A DNA stretch of 64,000 nucleotides from Chiloscyllium plagiosum. Its lineage: Eukaryota. Below are positions 1-10,630 of the stretch, one piece after another. The notes under the pieces were generated by a model. The model was not told the origin of the DNA. It did no database searches and was given only the letters and a program-made list of their open reading frames with translations. The stretch lies in assembly GCF_004010195.1 (NCBI RefSeq), contig NC_057752.1, forward strand, positions 1,474,704 through 1,538,703. Direction: 5' to 3'. Position 1 is the stretch's first letter, and every line of letters starts with the position of its first letter. The translations under genes were made by a program, and so were the position numbers.

Positions 1-148
1 TTTTTTTTCCAAAGTTCCAAAACAATGCAACAGCATATAAAACAATAATTGCTGCTCCTGGAATTCAAGGAAATCACCTCCAACACCTAAAATACCTCAA
101 AAAAAAAAAGGAGCAGCTCTTACAGCCAGAAATTTTTCCCGTCCTCCA
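1..148 (-). mobile_element. Possible 5' UTR end of a CR1-type LINE, truncated by the window edge
   Basis: Resembles a recurrent shark repeat terminus (reverse complement begins GGAGGACGGGAAAAATTTCTGGCTGTAAGAGCTGCTCC). Recognition only; no ORF in the window. Confidence 0.3.
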
Positions 149-204
149 ATATCAACATTGTAATGATCAGCAGATCCTACTCTGATTATTCCTCAGTAAG
201 ATAG

Positions 205-432
205 CATAATAACTCCTCGCCAACATTATTCCCTCAACTAACATTATCAGAATGCATTAACTAGTCAATTAGCTCTCTGCTGTTCGTGCGACCCTACCAC
301 ATACAAACTGACAGTGACATTTGCTTACAAATAGCATGGACTACACTTTTCAACCGGTCTGTTAACTGTGAAACACTTTGGGGTATCCTGAGGATATGAG
401 AGGTGCAACAAGGAATACAAATTCTGTTTTTT
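205..432 (+). mobile_element. Ancient DeuSINE (SacSINE1/AmnSINE1-like), 3' half
   Basis: Motifs gccaacattattccctcaac, gactacacttttcaa, tgtgaaacactttggg, tcctgagg match the DeuSINE body and tail; related copies at 6280, 16370, 37622 and 54765. Confidence 0.6.
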
Positions 433-2282
433 TCTAACTGCTAGCTACAATGAGACTGATGCCTTTGATTATCTATTCGGTGACTTGCGGTCTTCCTCTT
501 CCTTTTTATCTCGCTCATACTTGGAACCCTCAACCACTCCATTATATCTCTTCCTGTCCACTAGAAACTCTGGATCATTGCACTGCCTGTCCTTTGATAC
601 ATGACTAATTCATATGTACCCTGGGGTATTCACCCTTTGATTCACAGGAGGAAACTTTCACAGGTTACAATTAGTGATAACACAAAGCCAGCCTTCATGT
701 ACAAGGTAACAACTAGCCTGAGATTCTTCTAATCCTCTGAAAGGCTGTTGTTAATACTCTCAGAATAACTGCTGACATTAAGAACTCAATACAGTAAATC
801 TTTTCCCAGTTTACCATTAGCAAAACCAACATTTTTTTTCCCAGTTCTTAACAACAATTCTGCACTGCCTGCTTGCTTTGGCTTTATTAACTTCCTTGGC
901 TCTTGAACTCGGTGAAAAGCTCGGTGAATACTTGACCTTAAAATGGAGTTACTTCCCTCCATTACCACAACATTTTCAAACATTTATATTACTGCTGAAT
1001 CCACAATCTACAGCTTCATCACCTTAAATTGAGTCTTCTCTAAGTGTCAGCTAACCCCTATTTCAAAAACAAGACACAGACACTCCCCATCAGCCATGTT
1101 GCTTCAAAGTTTCCGATTCCCATTGACCTTGCCAAGATCCTCGTCTTTGTTGAGTTAAACATACATCATCAATCTTCTCCACCTTAAGTCCTCGTAATAG
1201 TGTCTGTTCCTCTGATATCACATCAGTCCTTGTCCCAGGGACTACCAATGGCAGCTCCACCCAAACTCCCTACCTTTGTCCTTATGCTTTGCCACCTCCT
1301 TCTATTTTCAAACTCTCCTTTTCCGATTATGCCATAATGCCTCCTCCGTTCCTCAAGGTTTCTCTTTCTCCACCATGCATGCAATCCAGTTTCATCTTCA
1401 CAAAGTAAAAGGTGATTTGAGACACCTTCCTCTGTGCAGGAAGCGTGATGGAGATGTGAGTTGATGCTGCTGTGAATAAGGTTGCCAATTGTAATGAGTG
1501 CCTAAAATTGCCTGCAACAAATGAAGGGGAAAGTGTGCAAAGACCACTAATACTTCAGTCCTTAATCATTATAAAACATTATACGATATTACCTACATGT
1601 CAGTAGAAATGTGAAGTTTAGAAGGCAATTACACACACAATCTGATTGTACAGCTTTATAATGGTGGCCGTTGGACAAAGTTTTCTACAACTTGTCAAGC
1701 CATCATGATTAATTACCAGGTCATGGAGGTGGAAACATTGCTTGGAAAAAAAAAAACACCCTGCTGTTCTTGAAAATTGCTCTATAAAGCCAGCTAGTTT
1801 TAAGAAGCACTTCCTCTATAATGAAGTGTTTGGCAAATCTTATTAGATCTATTTGCAAACATTGCACTGAAACATATAATTCACGCACTTGCCAATGTTA
1901 TTAGTCAGAAATTGTTCCTCTGCCTTGTTATTGTGAAGAAAGATTTGTACAACACCGTGGAATCAAAGACGGTGAGCATCACAACTTAGATCTTCGCCAG
2001 ACACATTTTTACATATCTAGGGAAAAGGACCTCTTTCCAAAAAAAAAAAAGCCCAAACTTCCAGTGATCCACAATTTGTTCTTATATAAAGTCATCTGGG
2101 ACAGGGCTGCAGAGTGAACAAGTAGCATTCTGTGTCAATCTTCAAAATGTAATGGAGCTCATTTAAAATTTGTCATGATACAATTAATGGGCAATTTTCC
2201 ATAAAAGAAACATTAGGTAGAATTACATAGAATACATTACACAGAAAAAGACCATTCAGTCCAACCAGTCAAGCCTCTTAGA

Positions 2283-2610
2283 CATAAGACACAGAAACAG
2301 AAATTAGGCCATTCAGCCCATCGAGTCTGCTCTGCCATTCAATCATGGTGGATTGGTTTTTTTAAATCCCATTCTCCTCATAACCTTCTATCCCCTTGGC
2401 AATCAAGAACTTATCTATCTCAGGCTTAAATCTACTCAAAGACCTGGCCTCCACAGCCTTCTGTGGCAATGAATTCCACAGGTTCACCACTCTCTGGTTC
2501 AAGAGGTTTCTCCTTATCTCCATTCTAAAAAGGGTCTTCCCTTTACTCTAAGGTTGTGCCCTTGGGTCCTCGTCTCTCCTGCCAATGGAAACACCTTCCC
2601 AACGCCCACT
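2283..2610 (-). mobile_element. CR1 LINE 3' end
   Basis: ORF 2514..2702 contains FPLAGETRTQGHNLRVKGRPF (CR1 ORF2 C-terminus); CR1-type 3' tail. Confidence 0.85.
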
Positions 2611-2804
2611 CTTCCTTTCTTCCCTTCTTCAACTGCATAACCCTCTATTCCAATCTCCCAAATATAATTGCGCAGCCTTTCCTCAAGATGCATTTGTACC
2701 ATTCAACTCAGCTCAGCTTGCTAGACAACAAGCATGTAGCTCAGATTAGTGCTAACAGCTTGGACTTTGATTAATGTTCCAACTAAGGTAGGTTTGATAC
2801 CTGC

Positions 2805-3029
2805 TGAAAATGTGTTGCTGGAAAAGCGCAGCAGGTCAGGTAGCATCCAAGGAGCAGGAGAATTGACGTTTCGAGCATGAGCCCTTCTTCAGGAATGGCC
2901 CTTCCTGAAGAAGGGTTCATACCCAAAACGTCGATTCTCCTGTTCCTTGGATGCTGCCTGACCTGCTGCACTTTTCCAGCAACACATTTTCAGCTCTGAT
3001 CTCCAGCATCTGCAGTCCTCACTTTCTCC
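2805..3029. mobile_element. Fold-back Penelope-like terminal fragment with 16-bp flanking duplication
   Basis: Inverted arms centred near 2895; flanked by taggtttgatacctgc (2789-2804) and taggtttgatatctgc (3030-3045). Confidence 0.8.
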
Positions 3030-3329
3030 TAGGTTTGATATCTGCCTATCTGTGGCAAACATCATGGCACTACACTCTGATTCAATGAAGAACCATGACC
3101 TGCCATTTGCTGAGGAGATGACAGGGTAGGAGTGGTCTAGTTTTGCCTTTTCTTGGCATTCTATCATTTTTCACCAATGGTCTACAAAGTTTGTGAATAT
3201 GTTCTATTTCCTTGTTAAACAAATGTTGGTATATCATTAGCTATCTGCCAGGTCTCTGGCATTGTGGCAGTCTCTACTGAATCTTTCAAAAATGCATGCA
3301 ATTGCTTCTCAGCTGTCTCTTCTTCAGAC

Positions 3330-3440
3330 TCCAACCAGATCAGGAGTTCTGAAGAAGGGTCACTGGACTCGAACGGTTTTCTCTCCACAGATGCTGCCAG
3401 ACCTGCTGAGTTTCTCCAGCAATAACTGTTTCTTTTTCAG
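3330..3440 (+). mobile_element. Penelope-like terminal fragment with degenerate hammerhead
   Basis: gttctgaagaagggtcactggactcgaa followed by ctctccacagatgctgccagacctgctgag; same family at 6800-7295, 36035-36319 and 63370-63700. Confidence 0.6.
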
Positions 3441-3475
3441 GAGTTTTATTAGTTTATTTAGCAACTCTCCTCAGT

Positions 3476-3776
3476 CGCTCAGTGGACAGCACTGCTGCCT
3501 CACAGTGCCAGGGACCCGGGTTCAATTCCACCCTTGGGTGATTGTCTGTGTGGAGTTTGCACATTCTCCCCGCGTCTGTGCGGGTTTCTTCCCACAGTCC
3601 AAAGATGTGCAGGTTAGGTGGATTTGTTGTGCTACATTGCCCCATTGTATGCAGGCTAGATGGGTTAACTATGGTAAATGTGGGGTTACGGGATAGGGTG
3701 AGATGCACTTTGGAGGGCCATTGCAGACTTGATGGGTTGAATGGCCTCTATCTGCATTGGAGGGATTCTATGATTC
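3476..3776 (+). mobile_element. HE1/V-type tRNA-derived SINE
   Basis: A/B-box head (gctcagtgg...gggttcaattcc) and central tgtgtggagtttgcacattctcccc domain. Confidence 0.85.
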
Positions 3777-4384
3777 AGAATCTACAGTACTTAGCTTTCA
3801 GGCTGCAGTCAACAGGAATCCTTCAGTTTTCATATTAAAACATTCTGGTTAATTAATGACTGAAAGTAATTTTGTCACATAATTCAGTTGATCAAGTGGT
3901 TTGTAACCGCCATCTGAACCTTGGAATTAGCTTTCAAAATCTACATAACCAACTTAGCAAGGCCAGTAAAAACTCAGCAGCAGCTTCAAAAGCAATGATA
4001 TAGTACTTGGAAAACGAACCAACTTAAAACCAGCTCTGGATCTAGGCCAATGACAGTAGTTACATTAAAACTACAGGAGAACATGGACATCTCTAGCAAT
4101 AAGATGCAGGTTTACTGAACGTTTTTTCACTTGTTTGGTTGAGGATGGTGGGCAAAGTTACAAAGATTTTCTCCATCTTCTTCGAAAAATTCTGAGCTAT
4201 TGTGGATTCGTCTTGATATTCTGTTAATAATTACAAAATGGTACTTCAGGGTTGCTTCTATGGTGTGATTTGATGAAAGTCCCCACCCCAGAATCACACT
4301 GACATACTTTGCCACTCCAGGTTGACCTTGGCATTCTTCTTCCCTCTGCTGAGAGCTGATAATACACAGACCAGAAATTTTTAA

Positions 4385-6210
4385 AAATTCACTGAAGGGA
4401 TGTGGGTGCTGTTGACTGGCCAGCATTTATTGCCTAGTTCTCCCTTTTAGAAGGTGAGGGTGAGCTGCCTTCTTGAACTGCTGCAGTCCACCTGCTGTAG
4501 GTGTTAGGTTCCTCTTCTTGAGACTCTTACACACTTGATGCAACTGCAATATGCCAATTTCTGTGAACAGCCAAAATTTATTAAGCAAGTACAAGCTGCA
4601 AAGGAACCCTTAACACTCTTTGCAATGCTTGCGAAGCCATGTCAAGGGATCTCTCTGAACAAAGGGACAGTTGTACTGTATAAAGGAACAAGAGTTTCAC
4701 ATTATAGTCAGTAACACCCAGAAGACGACCCCCCCACCATTCCCCCACAGTCACATGCCACTCAAGCCACAATGTAGTGATCACATCATTTCCAGAAACA
4801 ATATAATGTAAATCATTCCTTAATGGCCAGATCTGTTGTGAATCGTTTTTTTTACCTGCAGGGAACAGTCAGAATTTTAATTGCAATGTTCTTATTGATT
4901 TCTGAATAGAGGATGAGAATGTGATTCTTTTACTCCAAATAACTAGGACATGGCCACGCAAATGGCTCTGAATAACGAGGTATGAGAATGTAAATTCCTT
5001 ACATTCTACCTGTAAGACAGAAACATACCATCATGAGACAGAGACATCCCACCCTCGCCTTGGGACATCCAATTTCCTGCAGGTCAGCAGTGCAAATTAA
5101 CTCTTTAGTACCTCATAGGTAGGTCCACAATGCCCTCAGGGAGGGAATTCCAGGATTTTTGACCCAGCGACAAGTAACGGTCTTATATTCCCAAGTCAGG
5201 ATGGTGGGTGGCTTGGAAGAGAATGTGTTCCCATGTATCAGCTGCCCTTGTCCTTCTAGATGGAAGTGGTTGTGGGTTTTGAAGGCGCTGCCTAAGGACC
5301 TTTGGTGAATTTCTGCAGTGCATCGTATAGATGGTACACTCTCCTGCTACCGAGTGTCGGTGGTGGAGGGAGTGGATGCTGTACCAATCAACCGGGGGTG
5401 CTTTGTCCTGGATGGTGTCAAGCTTCTTCAGTGTTGTTGGGGCGGCACTCGTTCAGGCAAGTGGGGAGTATTCCATTACACTCCTGACTTGTGCCTTGTA
5501 GATGGTGGACAGGCTGTCAGGAGTGAGGAAGTGAGATATTCACTGCAGTATTCCTGGCCTCTGACCTGCTCTTGGAGCCACCGTGTGTACGTGAAAAGTC
5601 CAGTTGAGTTTCTGGTCAATGCTAACCCCCAGGATGTGGAGATAGTGGGGGATTCAGTGATGCTAACACCATTGAATGTCAAAGAATGGTGGTTAATTAT
5701 CTTTTATTGGAGAGGTCATTGCGTGGCATTTGTCTAGCATATTTATTTGCTACTTGTCAGCTCTAGCATGGATAGCATGTCCAGATCTTGTTGCTTTTGA
5801 ACATTAGATTAGATTAGATTAGATTACTTACAGTGTGGAAACAGGCCCTTCGGCCCAACAAGTCCACACCGCCCCGCCGAAGCGCAACCCACCCACACCC
5901 CTACATTTACCCCTTACCTAACATTACAGGCAATTTAGCATGGCCAATTCACCTGACCTGCACATCTTTGGACTGTGGGAGGAAACCGGAGCACCCGGAG
6001 GAAACCCATGCAGTCATGGGGAGAACGTGCAAACTCCACACAGTCAGTCGCCTGAGGCTGGAATTGAACCCGGGTCTCTGGCGCTGTGAGGCAGCAGTGC
6101 TAACCACTGTGCCACCGTGCCGCCCACAACATGGACTGCTTCAGTGTCTGAGACACCGCGAATGCTGCTGAACATTGTGCAATCAGAAGCAAATATCCCC
6201 ACTTCGACTT
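4385..6210 (-). mobile_element. CR1-Zenon-like LINE 3' portion, fragmented (4385-4502, 5115-5803, 6126-6210)
   Basis: 3' tail (reverse complement gcaataaatgctggccagtc) and RT C-terminal remnants matching copies at 26797-27797 and 44900-45620; interrupted by other sequence and an HE1 SINE. Confidence 0.7.
5805..6125 (-). mobile_element. HE1 SINE, full length
   Basis: (TTAGA)n tail at 5805-5825; head reverse complement gggcggcacggtggcacagtggttagc; near-identical to 16685-16996. Confidence 0.92.
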
Positions 6211-6279
6211 TGCTGCAGTTCTTTGTACAAATTTGAATGATAGATTATACCAAAACATGTAAACCTGGCTTGTTAGTGA

Positions 6280-6660
6280 CATGCTCACCGCCGAATAAGA
6301 ATGCCATGAGTTAAAATCCACTTCAGGACTTTAACACTTAATCCAGGCATCTATTTCAGTGCAGTACTGAGTGGAACATTGCCAGAGGTGCTGTCTTTCA
6401 GTTGAGATGTAAGTGAGATCCCATCTGCACTGTTGGATGGATGTTAAATACCCCACAACACTGCGCTGCTCAAACCGCAGTGTTCTTCTCATCAACTCGC
6501 CAACATTTATCGCTCAACCAACGCCATGTTATAAAAAAATCAACTAGCTATTAAACTAGTACATTTCGCTAGACTTTTGCTGGGTACAGCAGTTACCTAC
6601 AAAATAGTGAGCACAATTCAACATATTCAGTACTATACAATGGGATATTGAAAGAAACAA
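6280..6660 (+). mobile_element. DeuSINE (SacSINE1-like)
   Basis: cagtgcagtactgag, gaggtgctgtctttcag, gccaacatttatcgctcaaccaac. Confidence 0.65.
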
Positions 6661-6799
6661 AAAAGCTTAATTTTTTCTTATTTGTCTGCTCAGGGGGACA
6701 TAGTAAAATCCCATGACACTAGATGAGGAGCAGGTATTCTTCCAGCGTGTTAGCCAACATGCCTCCTTCACCACAAGAAACATTAACTGGTCCTCAATA

Positions 6800-7295
6800 G
6801 CACCTCTTCTTTCTCCCCGGCTTACCATTTCGCATCCCTTTGTCTGCCTAACTGTTCTCCTCTCCCTCTGGGCTCCATCTCCACCTACCGTTTACTCCTT
6901 TACCCCCCCCCCCCCCTAATAATCTTATATCTTATCTTCAGCATATATACCAGCATTCCCTAGCTACTATCAGTTCTAAAGAAGGGTAACTGGACCCAAA
7001 ACATGAAAAATAGGTACAGAAATAGGCCATTCAGCTCTTTGAGCCTGCACCACCATTCAATATGATCATGGTTGACCATGTAATTTTAGTATCCCACTCC
7101 CGCTTTGTCCCCATACCCCTTGATCCCTTTAGCCACAAGAGCCATGTTCAGCTCCTTCTTGAATATATCTAACAAACCGGCCCCAACAGCTTTCTCTTAA
7201 CTCTGTTTTCCCTCCACAAATGCTGCCAAACCCGCATTCTCCGGCAATGTCTGTTTTTGTTTCAGATTTCCAGCATCCATTTTCTTTGTTTTATT
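6800..7295 (+). mobile_element. Penelope-like terminal fragment interrupted by a minus-strand CR1 3' tail (7006-7196)
   Basis: cagttctaaagaagggtaactggacccaaaac resumes after the insert as taactctgttttccctccacaaatgctgcc. Confidence 0.6.
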
Positions 7296-7314
7296 AACTG
7301 GCCATTTATTGTTT

Positions 7315-8068
7315 AATCAGAACAGGCTTTATACACTTAATGATAAGGTCCTGGGGAGTGTTGCTGAACAAAGAGACCTTGGAGTGCAGGTTCATAGGTC
7401 CTTGAAAGTAGAGTCGCAGATAGATAGGATAATGAAGAAGGCATTTGGTATGCTTTCCTTTATTGGTCACAGCATGAGTTGGGAGGTCATGTTGCGGCTG
7501 TACAGGACATTGGTTAGGCCACTGTTGGAATATTGCGTGCAATTCTGGTCTCCTGCTTATTGGAAGGATGTTGTGAAACTTGAAAGGGTTCAGAAAAGAT
7601 TTACAAGGATGTTGCCAGGGTTGGAGGCTTTGAGCTATAGGGAGAGGCTGAATAGGCTGGGGCTGTTTTCCCTGGAGCGTTGGAGGCTGAGGGGTGACCT
7701 TATCGAGGTTTATAAAATCATGAGGGGCTTTGATAGGATAAATAGACAAGGTCTTTTCCCTGGGGTGGGGGAGTCCAGAATTAGAGGACATAGGTTTAGG
7801 GTGAGAGGGGAAAGATATAAAAGGGACCAAGGGACAACATTTTCAGACAGAGGGTGGTGCATGTAAGGAATGAGCTGCCAGAGGAAGTGGTGGAGGCTGG
7901 TACAATTACAGCATTTAAAAGGCAGATGGATGAATATATGAATAGGAAGGGTTTAGAGGGATATCGGTCAAGTGCTGGCAAATGGGACAACATTAGGTTA
8001 GGATTTCTAGTCGGTAAAGAGGACTTGGACCAAAGGGTCTGTTTCCATGCTATACACCTCTATTATTC
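7315..8068 (+). mobile_element. CR1 LINE, 5'-truncated (ORF2 C-terminus and 3' UTR)
   Basis: ORF 7309..7866: EQRDLGVQVH, LYRTLVRPLLEYCVQFWSP, LERVQKRFTRMLPGL, RLRGDLIEVYKI. Confidence 0.95.
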
Positions 8069-8401
8069 TAACATCTGCAAGTTGGATGTCCTGATTGCAT
8101 ATATTATAGTGACAACACAGTAAAATCATTAATCAAATAGTTAATTGCGAAACACTTTTAAAACCGTAAAGAAAAACAAAATGCACAATTTTTGCCCCTT
8201 CAACACAGACAAGTAATAATGAATCCAAAATGTTCACCGTTGTTGTAGAAACATAACTCATTGCCACATAAACCTCATCAATTTCATGCTCATGATGGCC
8301 CTGAAGAGCTGTCAATGCAAAATAATGGAGAATATTAATGGTAGGAGAATTTTAATAGTGGGAACATGGAGCAATTTTTTAGCTTAAACACAATTATATT
8401 G

Positions 8402-9088
8402 TGTGGTGTTGGAAAAGCACAGAAGGTCAGGCAGTATTCGAGGAGTAGGAGAGTCGATGTTTTGTAGGAGGGTGGGAAGGCAGCTGGGAACATGATAGGT
8501 AAATGCAGATTATAGTGATAGTTTGGAGGGGAAAGTGGAGCAGATTGGTGGAAAGGAAGATGGACAGGTAGGACAATTCAAGAAGGTGGTGCTGAGTTGA
8601 AAGGTTGATTCTGAGATGAGGTGGGAGGTGGGGAAATGTGGAAACTAGTGAAGTCAATGTTGATGCCATGTGGTTGAAGGGTCCCAAGGCGGAAGATGAG
8701 TCACTCTTCCTCCAGTTATTGGGTGGCTTGCATTTGGTGGTGGAGGTACCCAAGCCAGATCCAACCCTCCAACTCAGCACCGCCTTCTTGAACTATCCTA
8801 CCTATCCACCTTCCTTCCCACCTATCCGTTCCACCCTCCCCTTCGATCTATCACCACCACCCCCCACCTGCATCTACCTACAGCTTTCCCAGTTACCTTC
8901 CCCCTCATTCCCACCCACAGCCTCCTATTTATCACTCAGCCCCCTTCTCCCCCAAATATTCCTGATGAAGGGCTTATGCCCGAGACATCGACTCTCCTGC
9001 TCCTTGGATACTGCCTGGCCTGCTGTGCTTTTCCAACACCACACTTTTCGACTCTGATTTGTCCAGCATCTACAGTCCTCACTTTCTC
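8402..9088. mobile_element. Fold-back Penelope-like fragment with flanking duplication
   Basis: Inverted arms (8402-8750 vs 8750-9088); hammerhead-like cctgatgaagggcttatgcccgagac at ~8961; flanks acaattatattgtg and acaattatgttgtg. Confidence 0.8.
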
Positions 9089-9289
9089 ACAATTATGTTG
9101 TGATTGATCAAGCTGCAGTTTACGATTTGTGATAGATGAGGTGAACATTAGGCACGACTGTAGTTAAATTTCATCAAGTATAATTTTGCTCTTACACCAA
9201 CTGTTAAACAATCCAACAGCTTTATTGATTGTGTTTTTATCGTTAAAGTAGAAAAAACGAAAACCTCGGCTTGCATTATTATTGACAGC

Positions 9290-9700
9290 TCAATGTACCA
9301 ATCAGGAAAGCGGGTTGAGAGCTGCGCTCCACATTTGGGCAGACATTCCGCTTCTCGGAACCAATCGGCAGAGTAGGGTAGGTCCGTCACCATGGAGATT
9401 TGGGCCTTGCTCAGGCCGTACGCAGAACCCACACACTTGAACGGGTAATGATTGCTCGGGCTCTTGGACGTCAAAGGGAAGTTAGGCTCCGGTGGTGAGA
9501 ACACAATGTTTGGACTCACCTTGTATTTCTTTGCGTTCGTTTTGCTTGGCCTGATGATCTTTGAGTAAACGAGACAACATGACGCCGGAGAAGTTCCTGT
9601 AGAGCGAAACGCAGCGCAGATAACGAGCATGGAATTCAGACCCAGATCTCGCGCGAGGAGACAGAACGGTTCTGATCATGTGAGCAGTTTAATAACCGCC
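9290..9700. promoter_or_regulatory. CpG-rich BLOC1S1 promoter and first-exon island
   Basis: Locally high CpG density in a CpG-depleted window; CCAAT at 9298 and 9361; TCTCGCGCGAG at ~9647 (TCTCGCGAGA-like); ETS-like AGTTCCTGT at ~9592. Confidence 0.65.
9520..9580 (-). CDS. BLOC1S1: BLOC-1 subunit 1 (GCN5L1), first coding exon
   Basis: Encodes MLSRLLKDHQAKQNERKEIQ plus 1 nt (human MLSRLLKEHQAKQNERKELQE); ends at donor CAAG|GTGAGT. Exon 2 was not found in 1-9519 and probably lies outside the window. Confidence 0.96.
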
Positions 9701-9809
9701 TTGGCTGCTCTTTTAAAGAGAGCTGTCAAGGCACTGGGAAAGTATAATCAGTGTTAGTGAGTTGAGAGCTTTGCACATTCAAAATGTATTTAAACACATG
9801 GATGCTGGG

Positions 9810-9965
9810 CATAAGGTCATGTTTCTCCAGCTCACCTGTGAGATTCCACTTGAGCACATTAGTCAAGACAGTACAGAGACATTGCTGTACTGTCAGGAGC
9901 CATCTGCCCTATTGGGTAGATGTAAAAGATTCCATGCTATTATTTTAAAAAGGGCATAGGAGCCT
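9810..9965 (+). mobile_element. DeuSINE 5' half (continues at 16370-16555)
   Basis: cacttgagcac, gctgtactgtcaggag, gtagatgtaaaagattccatg. Confidence 0.55.
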
Positions 9966-10532
9966 TTTCTTCATCTGTTAACAGGATATGGGCATTGATG
10001 GCTGGGATAGTATTTATTGCCCATCCCTGGTTGCCTTTGAGAAGGTCATGGTGAATTGCCTTCTTGAATCACTGGTCCATTTGGTGTAGCTACACCCACA
10101 ATGCTGTTAGGGAGGGACCTTCAGGAGTTTGACCCAGGAACACTGAAGAAACAGTGTATTTCCAAATCAGGATGGTGAGTGGCTTGGAGATGAATGTTCT
10201 CATGTATCTGCTGTCCTCATCCTCGTGGATGGTAGTGGCCATGGCTTTGGAATTTCTTGTCAAAGGAAGTTTGGGGAATTTCTGCAGTGCATCTTGTTAA
10301 TGGTACACTTGCTGCTGTTGTGGTGCCAATCAAGTGGATTGTGTTGTCCTGGATGGGGTTAAGCTTGAGTTGTAGTTAGCCAGGAAAGTGATGAGCATTC
10401 CATCATGTTTCTGACATGTGCCTTGTCAATGTTGAAGAGGTTTTGGTGAGTCAGGAGATGAATTGCTTGATGCAAAACCAAGGCTGGAATGAAGTCAGGA
10501 GCTGAGTGTTCTGATGGAATCCAAGTTGAGTG
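9966..10532 (-). mobile_element. CR1-Zenon-like LINE, 3' part of an internally deleted copy (continues 15976-16365)
   Basis: Tail tatttattgcccatcc; sequence reads ...ggaatccaagttgag | gtatcagtgaacagtttattg... across the LTR insertion. Confidence 0.75.
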
Positions 10533-10630
10533 TGTAGTGATTGGAACAAGTGCCAGGTGGATGTCATTGAGTATGAGATCCTTGATGGGCCCAGGTTAAC
10601 AGCCCCTATCAGGGAGCCCTGGCTGACATA

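Noticed and set aside
5833..6171. MWKQAL... ORFs (also 16644..16976 and 36131..36541)
   Set aside because: Antisense translations of HE1 SINEs.
1..9519. BLOC1S1 exon 2 (EKRRREA...VDHLNVG-like)
   Set aside because: Scanned by eye; only a chance VDH-like word near 2065 without context. A TBLASTN search would be definitive.
9148..9630. 160-aa minus-strand ORF over BLOC1S1 exon 1
   Set aside because: Wrong frame; the conserved peptide is in the 9482..9679 frame and ends at a splice donor.
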